Positions 51,838 to 61,250 of a DNA stretch of 64,000 nucleotides are shown here, one piece after another. The translations under genes were made by a program, and so were the position numbers. Below the pieces are notes generated by a model, which saw only the letters and a program-made list of their open reading frames with translations, was not told the DNA's origin and made no database searches. Origin of the DNA: an uncultured Opitutia bacterium. Lineage in GTDB: Bacteria > Verrucomicrobiota > Verrucomicrobiia > Opitutales > Opitutaceae. Each line of letters begins with the position of its first letter. The stretch's first letter is position 1. The stretch is taken from positions 102-64,101 of the forward strand of contig CAIJFT010000286.1 in the NCBI GenBank assembly GCA_903820035.1, written 5' to 3'.

Positions 51838-54105
51838 TCACTTCTTCATGATCGCGTACACGCTCGCGAAGTCATCCGTCCAAAGCACGCCGGGTTTCTT
51901 ACTGGTCTCGGGGCCTTCCGCGATCTCGCGAATGCGCTCCTTCTCAAGCAACGCCTTGTTCTTCGTCACGAGCATCCACGAGGTCGCATAGATCCACCAA
52001 TCGGGCTCGTTGTCGTCCGACATGTGCACGACCTCGAGACCGAAGTGCGAGGCGAGCTTTTCCACGACCGGGCGCAGATCGAGATAACGGTTGGAAATAT
52101 GCACCGCGAGCACCCCGTCCGGCTTCAGCTGACGCAGGTAGATTTCAAACGCCTCCTTGGTCAACAAGTGCACCGGAATCGCATCGCTGCTGAACGCGTC
52201 GAGTGCCAGCAGGTCGAATTGCTGCGACTGTTTCTCCTGCAGTTCGCGTTCCATCATCAGGCGCGCATCACCCATCACGACATCGAGCTTGGCTTGGCAG
52301 TACTCGAGGTACTTGAAGTGCGTGCGCGCGAGTTCCTGCACGACGGGGTTGATCTCGTAAATGCGCAGGTAGTCGCCCTTGCGGCCGTAAGTCGCGAGCG
52401 TACCGGTGCCGAGACCGACGAGACCGAGGCGGCGCGGCGCCTCCGGCAGTGAACTGATCGCACGACCGACGCCGCTGGTGTCGCAATAATAGGTCGTTGG
52501 GGTCATCGCCTTCTCCGGCTTCACAAACTGGATGCCGTGGGTGGTCGCACCGTGCAGCAGGAGGTGGTAGTTATCCTCGGCATCGTCGGGGTAGTAGTTG
52601 AAGACCTTCAGCGTGCCGTAGAAGTTACGCGTCGAGCTGAGCGTCGGGACACTACTGCGCTCACCCCACTGCATCACGAAGACCGCACCGACACCGACGC
52701 AGAGGATCATGACAAAGAGGCCCGCGCGCGGCAGCCACTCGCGGCTCAGCGCCCGACGGCGGAGGTCGAACAGACATCCGATAATCAGCACCAGGCCCGC
52801 GACGATGTAGGGTGCGCGGTCGCGAAAAAAGGCCGTGCCCTCCGCGAGCAGACCGGGGCTGTCCTCAAAATTCGAGCGCAGCCACGGTAAGCCGACCGTC
52901 GTGAGCAGCGCGCCCACCGCGGCGGCCAGCGCCAGCTCGCGGCTCCGATGGCGGAAACACAGGACGCCGAGCGCGTAGCTGAGCAACCAGAGCCCGAGCT
53001 GAAGTTCGCGGTAGTCGCGGAACAGTGCCGGGGCCACGATGGCGACGAGGAAACCGCCCAGCGCCCCGCCGGCGGAGATAAAGAGGAAGTACGAGGTCAG
53101 TTGCTGGGGCGGCGGCTTCAGCCGGTAGAGTTCACCGTGACAAACCATGCAGGCCACAAAGAGGGTCGCGGTGTAAGCGATGATCTGCAGGCGCATCGGC
53201 GCGTCGTTACCGACGGGCAGCAACTGGCAAACGAACGCGGTGCCGATAAAAAACAACGCCGTGAAAATCCCGCGGTGGTACCAGCGCGCGTGGTCAAAGC
53301 AGACAATGAAGGTGACCAGATACAGGCTGAGCGGGAGCACCCAAAGGAAGGGAATGACGGCGACCTCCTGACAGAGCTTATTGGTCGTGGCCAGCAGCAG
53401 CACCGAGGCGATGGCCGGCAGCGCGACCCAAAGCAGTTTATCCACGGCTTGCGGCGACTCTCCGGCCGGCGCGGCCGCGGGCGGAGTGGCGGTCGCAGCG
53501 GAAGCGATCGGCACCGTTCCATCACCCTTGCGCCAGACCAGAACGGCGCAGTAACCGCAGACCAAGACAAAGAAGCCCAACCCCACCGACCACATCGTCG
53601 CCTGGGTCTGCCGGGGGAAATTCACCTCGAAGAACAACGGATAGCTGAGCAGGGCGAGCAGCGAACCGACATTGGATAACGCGTACAAGCGGTACGGTGA
53701 CACCCCCGGATTCGTCCGGCTGAACCATTGCTGCATCAGCGGGCCGGTCGACGACAACACGAAGTACGGGAGGCCGATCGTGGCCAGCAAAAGAAGGAGG
53801 ATCTGCAGGTTCGGGTCGCCCGATACCTGCACGTGCCAGCCGGCCGACGGCGTGATCGGCAGCATCGCCAGCGACAGGGCCATCAGAATGAAGTGCACGA
53901 TCACCTGCCGCTTCGGCGTGAGCCGCGTCGACGAAAAGTGCGCGTACGCATAGCCCCCGAGCAGCACCATCTGAAAGAACAGGAGGCAGGTGGTCCATAC
54001 GCCCGGGCCGCCACCGAACCAGGGCAAAATATATTTACCAATCAAGGGTTGGACCTGAAACAGCAGGAAAGCTCCCGTGAAAATCGTGAGCGCGAAGGGC
54101 AACAT
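51838..54105 (-). CDS. Fused membrane domain / spermidine-synthase-like SAM-dependent transferase
   Basis: ATG 54105; many TM segments (FQVQPLIGK, PYRLYALSNVGS); LHGATTHG, VGLGTGT, YEINP, LDAFSSDAIPVHLLT. Confidence 0.88.
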   Translation of the reverse strand: MLPFALTIFTGAFLLFQVQPLIGKYILPWFGGGPGVWTTCLLFFQMVLLGGYAYAHFSSTRLTPKRQVIVHFILMALSLAMLPITPSAGWHVQVSGDPNLQILLLLLATIGLPYFVLSSTGPLMQQWFSRTNPGVSPYRLYALSNVGSLLALLSYPLFFEVNFPRQTQATMWSVGLGFFVLVCGYCAVLVWRKGDGTVPIASAATATPPAAAPAGESPQAVDKLLWVALPAIASVLLLATTNKLCQEVAVIPFLWVLPLSLYLVTFIVCFDHARWYHRGIFTALFFIGTAFVCQLLPVGNDAPMRLQIIAYTATLFVACMVCHGELYRLKPPPQQLTSYFLFISAGGALGGFLVAIVAPALFRDYRELQLGLWLLSYALGVLCFRHRSRELALAAAVGALLTTVGLPWLRSNFEDSPGLLAEGTAFFRDRAPYIVAGLVLIIGCLFDLRRRALSREWLPRAGLFVMILCVGVGAVFVMQWGERSSVPTLSSTRNFYGTLKVFNYYPDDAEDNYHLLLHGATTHGIQFVKPEKAMTPTTYYCDTSGVGRAISSLPEAPRRLGLVGLGTGTLATYGRKGDYLRIYEINPVVQELARTHFKYLEYCQAKLDVVMGDARLMMERELQEKQSQQFDLLALDAFSSDAIPVHLLTKEAFEIYLRQLKPDGVLAVHISNRYLDLRPVVEKLASHFGLEVVHMSDDNEPDWWIYATSWMLVTKNKALLEKERIREIAEGPETSKKPGVLWTDDFASVYAIMKK

Positions 54106-54387
54106 GGTGATGCGGGCTGGGATGGGATGGGGGAAGTCTGGACGAATCCGGAAACCGTGCATGACGGACGACATCGGGAATCGATGCAATGCTGCGCGTG
54201 GGCGGCGCGACCGTTGGCCGAGGATTCGTCCCGCGTTTGCCGGTTCACCCGACGAGGCAGACGGGAGTCGCTTGCAGAACGCCCGGTCGACGGCAGGCCG
54301 ACCGGACAATTTCACCCCGCGGCCCCGAATCGCGGAACCCACCCGATTCGGCGTGAGTCCGACGGGCTCGTGCTGCAACCTCCGCCC

Positions 54388-55029
54388 ATGCTTCCCGGTT
54401 TACGCCTCTGGTTGGCGTTTTGCCTACTTTGGACCTGCGCGTCCGGGGGCGACGCCGTCGAACCACGTTTCTCCCAGATCCTCGGCAAGGCTGACCGTGA
54501 GGCGGCGGGAATCGTGCGGCTGAACTCCGATGAAGTCGCCGTGATCGACGCCCTCGTCCGCCGCGACACCGTGGCGCGCCTCAACGCTAACGCCGCTTCA
54601 AAGCTGGCCGAGCAGTTCTCCCAACGCCTGACCCCAGGCGAACGCCAAACCTCCGGCATCGGCAAACTCAGCCCCACGGAACTCACGCAACTCGACGGTC
54701 TGGTGGACCGCCATCAAAACGCCCGCCTCGCCCGTACGCTCCTTGCGCCGCCCGCGTACCTTTCCCGCAGCGGTCCGGTGCGAACCACTGAAACGAAACG
54801 GGAACGGGAAATCCACGGCACCTTCTCCCTCAGCTACGGGATCGGCAGCGGCGGCTACAGCGAGAAGTCGGGCTCCACCACCCTCACCCTCGAGGATCCC
54901 GCGAAGGGTTACTCCGTGACGCTCGGCTACAGTGAGACGCACACAAAGGGCGGGCCGGTTTACCGCGACCCGAGATACGATTACTCCCGCGGGATGCCGC
55001 TGGACCTCGCCGCCACCCCGCGTCCTTGA
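54388..55029 (+). CDS. Hypothetical secreted protein with an internal ~35-aa duplication
   Basis: ATG 54388; signal peptide; FSQILGKADREAAGIVRLNSDEVAVIDALVRR vs FSQRLTPGERQTSGIGKLSPTELTQLDGLVDR. Confidence 0.7.
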   Translation: MLPGLRLWLAFCLLWTCASGGDAVEPRFSQILGKADREAAGIVRLNSDEVAVIDALVRRDTVARLNANAASKLAEQFSQRLTPGERQTSGIGKLSPTELTQLDGLVDRHQNARLARTLLAPPAYLSRSGPVRTTETKREREIHGTFSLSYGIGSGGYSEKSGSTTLTLEDPAKGYSVTLGYSETHTKGGPVYRDPRYDYSRGMPLDLAATPRP

Positions 55030-55277
55030 TCGACCGTGGTTATCGGATGGCGCAGGCTGGAGACCAACCCACGTGCCAGCCTCCCGACAGGAGTAATGCC
55101 GTTGAAGGTTTCAGGTAGAGCGTTGAAAGCCCCGGTCCAGGGGCGCAGTTGGCCCAAGTTCCAACCGAGGCGCCCATTTCCCCGAGCCGGCCACGTGGGG
55201 CAGAAAGAGAACCCGCCCCCGCGTCAGTCGGTTTGCCTGCCACCGCAACCAAGCTCCTTAAAACCGCCTGAGCCGGC

Positions 55278-56465
55278 TTAGCTCAGCTGCTGAATGATGC
55301 TCACCAGCGGGAGGAACAGTGCGATAACGATCGTACCGACCATCACCGCCATGAACACGATCATGATCGGCTCGATGATCGACGTGAGGCCGGCGACGGC
55401 GTTGTCGACCTCTTCGTCGTAGGTGTCCGCGATGCGGGTCAACATGTCGGGCAAGGCACCCGTTTCCTCGCCGACCTCGATCATACTGGTGACCATGCCG
55501 GGGAAGATGTGCGTAGACTCGAGCGGCTTTGCGACATTGTCGCCCTCCTTCACGCGGTCGTGCACAACGTTGATCGCATCCGCGACGTGTACGTTGCCGC
55601 TCGTATCGCGGGTGATAATCAGCGCCTGCAAAATGGGCACGCCCGACGACAGCAACGTACCGAAGGTACGGGTGAAGCGAGCGATCGCGCCCTTGAGAAA
55701 CAAATCGCCCAAGATCGGCATGTGGATCATGAGCCAGTCGTAGATCCGGCGACCGACCTTCGTCTTGCCGAAGAGATTGAAACCCACGTAGGCCCCGATG
55801 GCGCCGGCGGTCGCAAGCAGGTAGTGGTCCTTGACGAAATTACTGACGTCCATGAGCCCCTGCGTCAGCGCCGGCAACGGCTTACCCTTGAGCAGACCGG
55901 AGAAGATGTCCTGGAACTTCGGGACGACGACCACCATCAGGACGGATACAATCGCCATCGCGACGCACACGATGATGACCGGGTAGATCATCGCGGACTT
56001 CACCTTGCCGGTGAGCTTTTGGGCCTTTTCGGAAAACACGGCGATGCGCTCCAAGACGACCTGGAGCACGCCGCCGGCCTCGCCGGCTTTCACCATGTTG
56101 ACATAGAGCCGGTCGAAGACCTTGTCATGCGCCGCGAGTCCGTCCGAAAAATTGCCGCCGGAGCGGATGGTGTCGGCGACATCTTCAATCACCTGCTTGA
56201 ACTTCGGTCGCTTCTCCTGGCGGGCCAGCACCTCGAGGCAGCGGAGGATGGGCATGCCCGCCTTGGTCAGCACGGCAAGCTGGCGGGTGAATACGGCGAG
56301 CCCCTTGCCGTTGATGGCCCGACCGAAGGAGCGGCGGCGTTTGCGGGCGGCGGAATCGCCCATCGCAAACGTAGTGGCCGCCGCCTTGCCGACCGCCTTG
56401 GCGGTGAAGGTACCGGGCGTTGGAGCGGTCGCTGGGGCAGCGGGGCGAACGGAGAGCTTGGCCAT
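55278..56465 (-). CDS. pilC: Type IV pilus/T2SS inner-membrane platform protein (PilC/GspF)
   Basis: [54 protein letters not shown]. Confidence 0.93.
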   Translation of the reverse strand: MAKLSVRPAAPATAPTPGTFTAKAVGKAAATTFAMGDSAARKRRRSFGRAINGKGLAVFTRQLAVLTKAGMPILRCLEVLARQEKRPKFKQVIEDVADTIRSGGNFSDGLAAHDKVFDRLYVNMVKAGEAGGVLQVVLERIAVFSEKAQKLTGKVKSAMIYPVIIVCVAMAIVSVLMVVVVPKFQDIFSGLLKGKPLPALTQGLMDVSNFVKDHYLLATAGAIGAYVGFNLFGKTKVGRRIYDWLMIHMPILGDLFLKGAIARFTRTFGTLLSSGVPILQALIITRDTSGNVHVADAINVVHDRVKEGDNVAKPLESTHIFPGMVTSMIEVGEETGALPDMLTRIADTYDEEVDNAVAGLTSIIEPIMIVFMAVMVGTIVIALFLPLVSIIQQLS

Positions 56466-56581
56466 ATTAGATGGAAGATTTCAGGAGCCGGATTCCAAGG
56501 GGCAAGGACGAGCCAGAGGTTATCGGCGGCGCGTTGGTTACTCGGGGCTTGTCCCTGATTGCGTGAGCCGGCGGGTCGACC

Positions 56582-58282
56582 TCAGGTGTACTTGACGACC
56601 TCTTCAATGGACGTATTGCCGTCGAAGATCGCGCGCAAGCCGTCGTCGCGCAGCGTGCGCATGCCCTGCTCGATCGCCTTCTGGCGGATCGCCAGTGTCG
56701 GGGCCCGCTCGGTCACGAGATCTCGGATCGCCTCGCTCATCCGCAGCCACTCGTAGATTCCGAGCCGGCCCTTGTAGCCCGACTGGCTACAAGTCGGACA
56801 ACCCTTGCCGTAGAAGAACTCGCGGCTCCCGATGCTTTCCTTGGCAATATTCAGCTGCGACAACAAGTCCGAGTTCGGAATGTAGGACGTTTTGCACTGG
56901 GTGCAGACCCGGCGCACCAAGCGCTGCGCGAGCACCGCCTCGAGCGAGGAAGCGATGAGGAACGGCTCGACCCCCATATCGACAAGACGCGTGACCGCGC
57001 CGGCCGAATCATTGGTGTGCAAGGTCGAGAGCACCAAGTGACCGGTCAGCGACGCCTGAATGGATATCTGCGCCGTCTCGAGGTCGCGGATTTCTCCGAG
57101 CATGATCACGTCGGGGTCCTGCCGGAGGAAGGAACGCAGCGCCGCGGCGAACGTGAGCCCGACGAGCGGATTCACCGGCACCTGCATGATACCCTCGATC
57201 TCGTACTCGACCGGATCCTCGGCGGTGAGGATTTTGAGGTCGACGGTGTTCACGATGCGCAGGCCGCTGTAGAGGGTCGTCGTTTTCCCGGAACCGGTCG
57301 GGCCGGTGACGATGAAAATGCCGTTGGGCCGGCGGACGATATCCTGGATGCCGTTCAACACGTCGTCGGGCATACCCAACTGGGTGATATCGAGCCGCAC
57401 CGCCGACTGGTCGAGCACGCGAAGCACGATGCTCTCGCCGAACTGGGTCGGCAGCGTGGACACGCGCAAGTCGACGGCCCGACCGGCGATGTTAATCTTG
57501 ATGCGGCCGTCCTGCGGGACGCGCCGTTCCGCGATGTTGAGCCCGGCGAGCACCTTGACGCGCGAGAGGATGGGTAGCGCCAGCTGCTTCGGTGGGGGCG
57601 CCATCTCGTACAGCGAACCGTCGATGCGGTAGCGAATCTTGAACTCGTGTTCGAACGGCTCGAAGTGGATGTCGCTCGCCTTGTCGCGCACCGCCTGACC
57701 GATGACCAAATTAACAAATTTGATGATCGGCGTCTGCTCGGCCATCGACTCGATGTCGCGTTCCGAGAGTTCGCGATTGCCCGGATCGGCCGCAACCTTG
57801 TTGCCCGTGCTGATCTCCTGCAACAGGTCATCGATACTCTCCTCATCCTCGCCGTAGTGCTGCTTGATCTGGATATCGACTTTGTCGGGATCGGCAAAAT
57901 AGAGCCGGACATTACGGTCGAGCGCGAAGGTCAGGTCATCGACGGCGTGCGTGTTGAACGGGTCGGCGACGACGAGGTCGATATTCTGATCATCGGCCTG
58001 CAGCGGCATGACCCCGTAATCGCGCGCCAGCTTACCGGTGAGCGCGGCGATCGCCTCCCCGGGAAACTGCACCGGCAGTTCCGCGAGATAGTCGTAACCG
58101 AGGTGCTCGGCGATGCGCTTGAGCAACTCCTCCTTCTCCACAATGCCTAGATCCACGACGACATCGGCCAACGGCTTGCCCGTGGCCTTGTGCTCCTCGT
58201 TGAGCTCGTCGAGCTGCGCGGGGTCGACCAGCCGCTGCTCTTTGAGGAATTCGTAGATCGCGGGGCTGTGACTGGGGAACAT
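56582..58282 (-). CDS. pilB: PilB/GspE-family assembly ATPase (copy 2)
   Basis: [45 protein letters not shown], Cys4 zinc motif (CTQC...CPTC). Confidence 0.92.
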   Translation of the reverse strand: MFPSHSPAIYEFLKEQRLVDPAQLDELNEEHKATGKPLADVVVDLGIVEKEELLKRIAEHLGYDYLAELPVQFPGEAIAALTGKLARDYGVMPLQADDQNIDLVVADPFNTHAVDDLTFALDRNVRLYFADPDKVDIQIKQHYGEDEESIDDLLQEISTGNKVAADPGNRELSERDIESMAEQTPIIKFVNLVIGQAVRDKASDIHFEPFEHEFKIRYRIDGSLYEMAPPPKQLALPILSRVKVLAGLNIAERRVPQDGRIKINIAGRAVDLRVSTLPTQFGESIVLRVLDQSAVRLDITQLGMPDDVLNGIQDIVRRPNGIFIVTGPTGSGKTTTLYSGLRIVNTVDLKILTAEDPVEYEIEGIMQVPVNPLVGLTFAAALRSFLRQDPDVIMLGEIRDLETAQISIQASLTGHLVLSTLHTNDSAGAVTRLVDMGVEPFLIASSLEAVLAQRLVRRVCTQCKTSYIPNSDLLSQLNIAKESIGSREFFYGKGCPTCSQSGYKGRLGIYEWLRMSEAIRDLVTERAPTLAIRQKAIEQGMRTLRDDGLRAIFDGNTSIEEVVKYT

Positions 58283-58324
58283 CGGGCGAAGATTAGCGGG
58301 ACGATGGAGCGGGGCGGGCTGGAA

Positions 58325-59407
58325 TCAAAGATCGCGCAGCTTGACGCCGAGCGCGTGGAATTTTTCCCGCATGACGTTCGGGTCCTGCGCCTTTTCCAGC
58401 GCCTCGTCGGCGGACACAAGCTCGCGGTTGACCAGACTCATGAGGTGGGTGTCGAGCGTGATCATGCCCAGGTTCGCCCCGGTCTGGATGTCGGAGGCGA
58501 TGCGGAAGGTCTTATTCTCGCGGATGAGCGCGCCGATCGACGTCGTGTTGACCATGATCTCGTAGGCGGCGATGCGCCCGCCGCCGGTCTTCTTGCAGAG
58601 CACCTGCGAAATGACCGCCACCAGCGACGACGCCAGCTGGGTGCGGATCATGTCTTTCATATTCGCCGGAAAGGCGTCGACGATCCGGTCGATGGTCTTC
58701 GCCGCGCCGTTGGTGTGCAGCGTGCCGAACACGAGGTGACCGGTCTCGGCGGCGCTGATCGCCGCCTCGATCGTCTCGAGGTCGCGCATTTCACCGACCA
58801 TGATGACGTCGGGGTCCTGCCGGAGCGCCCGCCGGATGGCCTCCGAGAAATTCGGCACATCGACGTGCACCTCGCGCTGGGTCACCACGCACCGCTTGTG
58901 GTCGTGGTAGTACTCAATCGGGTCCTCGATCGTGATGATGTGACCGTCGCGCGACTCGTTGATGTAATTCACCATCGCGGCCAGCGTGGTCGATTTGCCG
59001 GAGCCCGTCGGACCCGTCACCAAAATCAGCCCCCGCGGCCGGAAGAGTAATTCGCGGATTTTATCGGGCAGGCCGATATCGCGCAGCCCGAACATTTTGC
59101 TCGGAATCAAGCGGAGAACCAAACCGTAGTTGGTCTTGGCGCGGAGCACCGAGACCCGGAAGCGGGCCTTCTCGCCGAAGGAGAAGCCAAAGTCGGCACC
59201 GCCGTTCAACTTCACGTTGCTCACGTGACCATCGGGCGTAACGGCGAGCATCAGCCGCTCGGTGTCTTCCGGCTTCAGCGCCGGTCCGTCGATGGGCAAC
59301 ATACTGCCACTGACGCGCAGGGTCGGAGGCTGCCCCACCTGCAGATGCAGGTCCGACGCCCCCTGCTCGACCATTAATTCCAAAAGATCGTTCATTTCGT
59401 AGCTCAT
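58325..59407 (-). CDS. pilT: Type IV pilus retraction ATPase
   Basis: [49 protein letters not shown]. Confidence 0.94.
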   Translation of the reverse strand: MSYEMNDLLELMVEQGASDLHLQVGQPPTLRVSGSMLPIDGPALKPEDTERLMLAVTPDGHVSNVKLNGGADFGFSFGEKARFRVSVLRAKTNYGLVLRLIPSKMFGLRDIGLPDKIRELLFRPRGLILVTGPTGSGKSTTLAAMVNYINESRDGHIITIEDPIEYYHDHKRCVVTQREVHVDVPNFSEAIRRALRQDPDVIMVGEMRDLETIEAAISAAETGHLVFGTLHTNGAAKTIDRIVDAFPANMKDMIRTQLASSLVAVISQVLCKKTGGGRIAAYEIMVNTTSIGALIRENKTFRIASDIQTGANLGMITLDTHLMSLVNRELVSADEALEKAQDPNVMREKFHALGVKLRDL

Positions 59408-59440
59408 GGGCAGGTGGGTTGAGGTTGGAGAACGAAAGAC

Positions 59441-61207
59441 TTAAACGGCGTCGCCGACGGTGATTGAGACCACCTCGTCGATGGTGGTGAGGCCGGCGAC
59501 GACCTTGCGGGCGCCGTCTTCGCGCATCGTCCGCATGCCGAGGGCGCGGGCGCGCTCCCGGAGCTTCGCGGTGCCGACATGCTCGTAGATCAGCTTCTGA
59601 ATTTCCTCGTTCACGACGAAGATCTCGAAAATGCCCATCCGCCCGCGATAACCCGTGGCGTTGCAGTCCGCACAACCCTCGCCCTTGGCAAAGGTGGCGC
59701 TGGCGGCCTGCGACGGGTTGATATTCAGCGAGCGCACCTCGTTCGCATCGGCATTATACGGGCGCTTACAGTGCTTGCAGATCTTGCGCACGAGCCGTTG
59801 CGCCATAATCGCACGCAGTGACGTCGACACGAGGAACGGCTTCACGCCGATGTCGATGAGACGCGTCACTGCGCCCGGCGCGTCGTTGGTGTGCAGCGTA
59901 GAGAACACCATGTGACCGGTCAGCGAGGCGTTGATGGCAATCTCCGCGGTTTCCAAATCGCGAATTTCACCCACCATTACAATATTGGGCGCCTGGCGGA
60001 GCATGGCGCGCAGGGCCTTGGCAAACGTCATACCAACGTCGTGCCGCACCGGCACCTGATTGATCCCGTTGAGCTGGTACTCGACCGGATCCTCGACCGT
60101 GATGATCTTGCGGTCCGGCTTGTTGATGAAGTGGAGACAGCCGTAGAGGGTCGTGGTCTTGCCGGAGCCCGTCGGGCCGGTGACGAGGAGAATGCCGTCG
60201 GGTAAAGAAATCAGTTTCTCAAACGTCGCGGCGTCGTCGCTGAGAAAACCGAGCTCGGGCAGACCGAGCGTGAGGCCTTCCTTGTCGAGAATACGCATCA
60301 CGATGCTCTCGCCGTGAGCCGTCGGCAGCGACGACACACGCAGGTCGAGCTGCTTCGCCCCCGCCGTAATCTGAATGCGACCGTCCTGCGGGATGCGCTT
60401 CTCGGCGATGCTGATATTCGCCATGATCTTCAACCGCGACAGGATCGACAGCTGCAGCCGCTTCGGCGGGTTCTCAACCTCGATCAGTACGCCGTCGATG
60501 CGGTAGCGGACGCGAAACCGTTTTTCGAGGGGCTCGATATGGATGTCGGACGCGCGCCGCGCGATGGCCTCGAGGATAATCTGGTGGACGAGCTTGACGA
60601 TCGGGGCGTCCGCCTCGGTGTTCTGCGGATCAACCGCGGCTCCGGGCTCGGTCGTGACTTCCGCGGCCTCGCCACCGGCGCCGCCACCCGAGAGGTTATT
60701 CAGCAGGTCGTCGATCGAGTTGGCATCCTTGCCGTAAAAGCGATCGATCGCCGTAGTGATCTCCTCCGGTGTCGCCACCATCGGCTCGACCGGCATCTTC
60801 ACAATGTATACCAGGGCGTCGATGCCCTCCGTGTCCAACGGATCGGCAATGGCCACGCGCAACTTGTTTCCGTCGCGCACCAGCGGCAACAACCGGTAAC
60901 GCGCTGCAATCGCTCGCGGCACGAGTTCCAGAATGTCTCCGGGGATGCGCAGGTTCACGAGATCCGGCGCCATCGGCATCCCGAATTCCGTGGCGAGTAA
61001 TTCGGCCACCTGCTGGCTCTGGATGATCCCCTGCTGCACCAGCAGTTCCGCCACCCGCGGCACCGGGGTCGACGGATCCGTGTGCCTCGCCGCCATGGCC
61101 CGAGCCGCATCCACCTGCGCCGGGTGCAACAGGCCGCGCTCCAACGCGAGCTGGAGAATGAAGTCGTCCGCGGCGGTCGAAGGCAGTTGGGGGGAAGTCG
61201 GGGTCAT
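59441..61207 (-). CDS. pilB: PilB/GspE-family assembly ATPase (copy 1)
   Basis: ASDIHIEP, GPTGSGKTTT, LRQAPNIVMVGEIRD, LHTNDA, Cys4 motif (CKHC...CADC). Confidence 0.92.
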   Translation of the reverse strand: MTPTSPQLPSTAADDFILQLALERGLLHPAQVDAARAMAARHTDPSTPVPRVAELLVQQGIIQSQQVAELLATEFGMPMAPDLVNLRIPGDILELVPRAIAARYRLLPLVRDGNKLRVAIADPLDTEGIDALVYIVKMPVEPMVATPEEITTAIDRFYGKDANSIDDLLNNLSGGGAGGEAAEVTTEPGAAVDPQNTEADAPIVKLVHQIILEAIARRASDIHIEPLEKRFRVRYRIDGVLIEVENPPKRLQLSILSRLKIMANISIAEKRIPQDGRIQITAGAKQLDLRVSSLPTAHGESIVMRILDKEGLTLGLPELGFLSDDAATFEKLISLPDGILLVTGPTGSGKTTTLYGCLHFINKPDRKIITVEDPVEYQLNGINQVPVRHDVGMTFAKALRAMLRQAPNIVMVGEIRDLETAEIAINASLTGHMVFSTLHTNDAPGAVTRLIDIGVKPFLVSTSLRAIMAQRLVRKICKHCKRPYNADANEVRSLNINPSQAASATFAKGEGCADCNATGYRGRMGIFEIFVVNEEIQKLIYEHVGTAKLRERARALGMRTMREDGARKVVAGLTTIDEVVSITVGDAV

Positions 61208-61250
61208 CGCGAAAGCAGGACGGGGGCGGTTCAGGCGAGGTGATCGGGGG

